Source: an uncultured Verrucomicrobiae bacterium (GTDB lineage: Bacteria; Verrucomicrobiota; Verrucomicrobiia; Palsa-1439). From it: a stretch of 64,000 nt of DNA. A model generated the notes under the pieces. The model did no database searches, was not told the origin of the DNA, and saw nothing but the letters and a program-made list of their open reading frames with translations. The translations under genes and the position numbers were made by a program. This document shows positions 62,795 through 64,000 of the stretch, piece after piece. The first letter of the stretch is position 1; the number at the start of each line of letters is the position of its first letter. The DNA lies in assembly GCA_963812605.1 (NCBI GenBank), contig CAWEWF010000005.1:96001-160000 (forward strand), in the 5' to 3' direction.

Positions 62795-63352
62795 ATGGCT
62801 CCGGGACTCTTTATTGTTATCGCAATGATTTGTTGCGTGCCCATTTGGGTGATGGGCGTTTACAATCGCCTGATCACGCTGCGTAACCTCATGAACAGTG
62901 TTTGGGCGCAGACCGACGTGCAATTGCGGCGTCGTTACGATTTGATTCCCAATCTTGTCGAAACCGTCAAGGGGTACGCCACTCATGAGCGGGAGACATT
63001 CGAGAAGGTGATCCAGGCGCGCAACTCCGCGATGAATGCCCCGACCACGGAGGCCAAAGCGGATGCCGAGAACGCCCTGACCGGTGCGCTGAAATCCCTC
63101 TTCGCCGTCGCCGAAGCGTATCCCGAACTCAAGGCCAACCAGAATTTTACCGCCCTCCAGCAGGAGCTGACCAATACGGAGGGCTTTATCGCGGCGTGCC
63201 GTTCGCATTACAACGACGCCGTCCTGGCCTTCAACGACGCCCTGCAAGTGGTCCCCGCCAACATCGTCGCCGTCCTGTTCCGGTTCCAACCCCACGAATA
63301 CTTCGGAGTGCCCGACCAAGCCGCGCGCGAGCCGGTAAAAGTGCAGTTCTAG
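62795..63352 (+). CDS. lemA: LemA family protein
   Basis: YNRLI, QLRRRYDLIPNLVETVKGYATHE, EAYPELKANQNF. Confidence 0.95.
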   Translation: MAPGLFIVIAMICCVPIWVMGVYNRLITLRNLMNSVWAQTDVQLRRRYDLIPNLVETVKGYATHERETFEKVIQARNSAMNAPTTEAKADAENALTGALKSLFAVAEAYPELKANQNFTALQQELTNTEGFIAACRSHYNDAVLAFNDALQVVPANIVAVLFRFQPHEYFGVPDQAAREPVKVQF

Positions 63353-63374
63353 CCCACAACGTGAAGTCGATACA

Positions 63375-64000
63375 TTAGCGACGAAGCGGCGAGACGGTGT
63401 TCGTCCCGGTAGGTGTGGAATGGTTGTCCTGCCATGGATCGTAAGCATGAATACCGTACTTGCTGAACCTCTCTATCCGACCGGGAAGACGACCCGGAGA
63501 AGTTGGATGGGGATAGCACAACGCAAACTCGACGATTTTGGGATTGCCGTCGACATGCGCACCTTGAAGGAATGCCAATGCGTCTTCTTTCCTCAACTGT
63601 GATGAACCGGAAAGTCCGAAGTAGATAGCCCAATCGCTTTGGGGCTCTGTGTCGGCAAGTAGGCCATTTGGAGTGGCAGACGCCGACGGCCGATCGCTCC
63701 ATTTCTTATGGGGGAACAAGCCCAGACAAAATACCGTGTCCTCCCCGTTCATCTCCATCTGAATCCAACCTGCCAAAATGTAGACACCGTGGAGCGACAC
63801 GTGCTCCAGCCAAGCGGTGTCGATCAGCACGCGGTGAATCTCGACTGCTGTCTGACCCGGTTTGATGTAATTGGCGAAAAGTGCGAAAATCGCCCGCGAT
63901 CGTTCCACCTCATTATTCGTGGTATTATTTGCCTGTGTGTTGAGTACAACTACGGTCGCATTGGTCTTGAGTATCGTGACCGCATCCCACGAAAGCTTTT
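63375..64000 (-). CDS. Hypothetical protein, 5' end beyond the window
   Basis: Frame stays open to the window edge; lower GC. Confidence 0.5.
   Translation of the reverse strand, partial: KLSWDAVTILKTNATVVVLNTQANNTTNNEVERSRAIFALFANYIKPGQTAVEIHRVLIDTAWLEHVSLHGVYILAGWIQMEMNGEDTVFCLGLFPHKKWSDRPSASATPNGLLADTEPQSDWAIYFGLSGSSQLRKEDALAFLQGAHVDGNPKIVEFALCYPHPTSPGRLPGRIERFSKYGIHAYDPWQDNHSTPTGTNTVSPLRR

Overview
GC-rich bacterial chromosomal segment, most likely PVC superphylum/Verrucomicrobiota. This is inferred from a PEP-CTERM protein, a TIGR03790-like protein, the nrdR-hypothetical-HIT block and the repeat types. It holds about 55 CDS. Housekeeping genes include nrdR, ftsK, rodZ-like, rimO, mnmA, moaA/moaC/mog, ada, yebC, infA, greA-like and hppA. 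There are also several secreted multidomain proteins (GH16, LamG, cyclophilin, trypsin-like), three toxin-antitoxin patches and one complete IS1182 with TIRs, inserted in a REP hairpin. About 15 small (1-2 bp) indels break otherwise intact genes and look like long-read assembly errors. No rRNA, tRNA or CRISPR array was seen. The best leads are: (1) a lysine 2,3-aminomutase overlapping an uncharacterised ATP-grasp ligase, a possible new beta-lysine ligation pathway; (2) an orphan PD-(D/E)xK nuclease with a SeqA-like C-terminal domain, a possible m6A-dependent defence enzyme; (3) a structured ~130-nt RNA candidate upstream of a CYTH + receiver operon; (4) a family of modular, nested intergenic repeats, including a ~250-bp AAACGAACCCA-motif element in two copies and a REP pair inserted in-frame in rimO. 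All family calls come from motif recognition by eye, not database searches.
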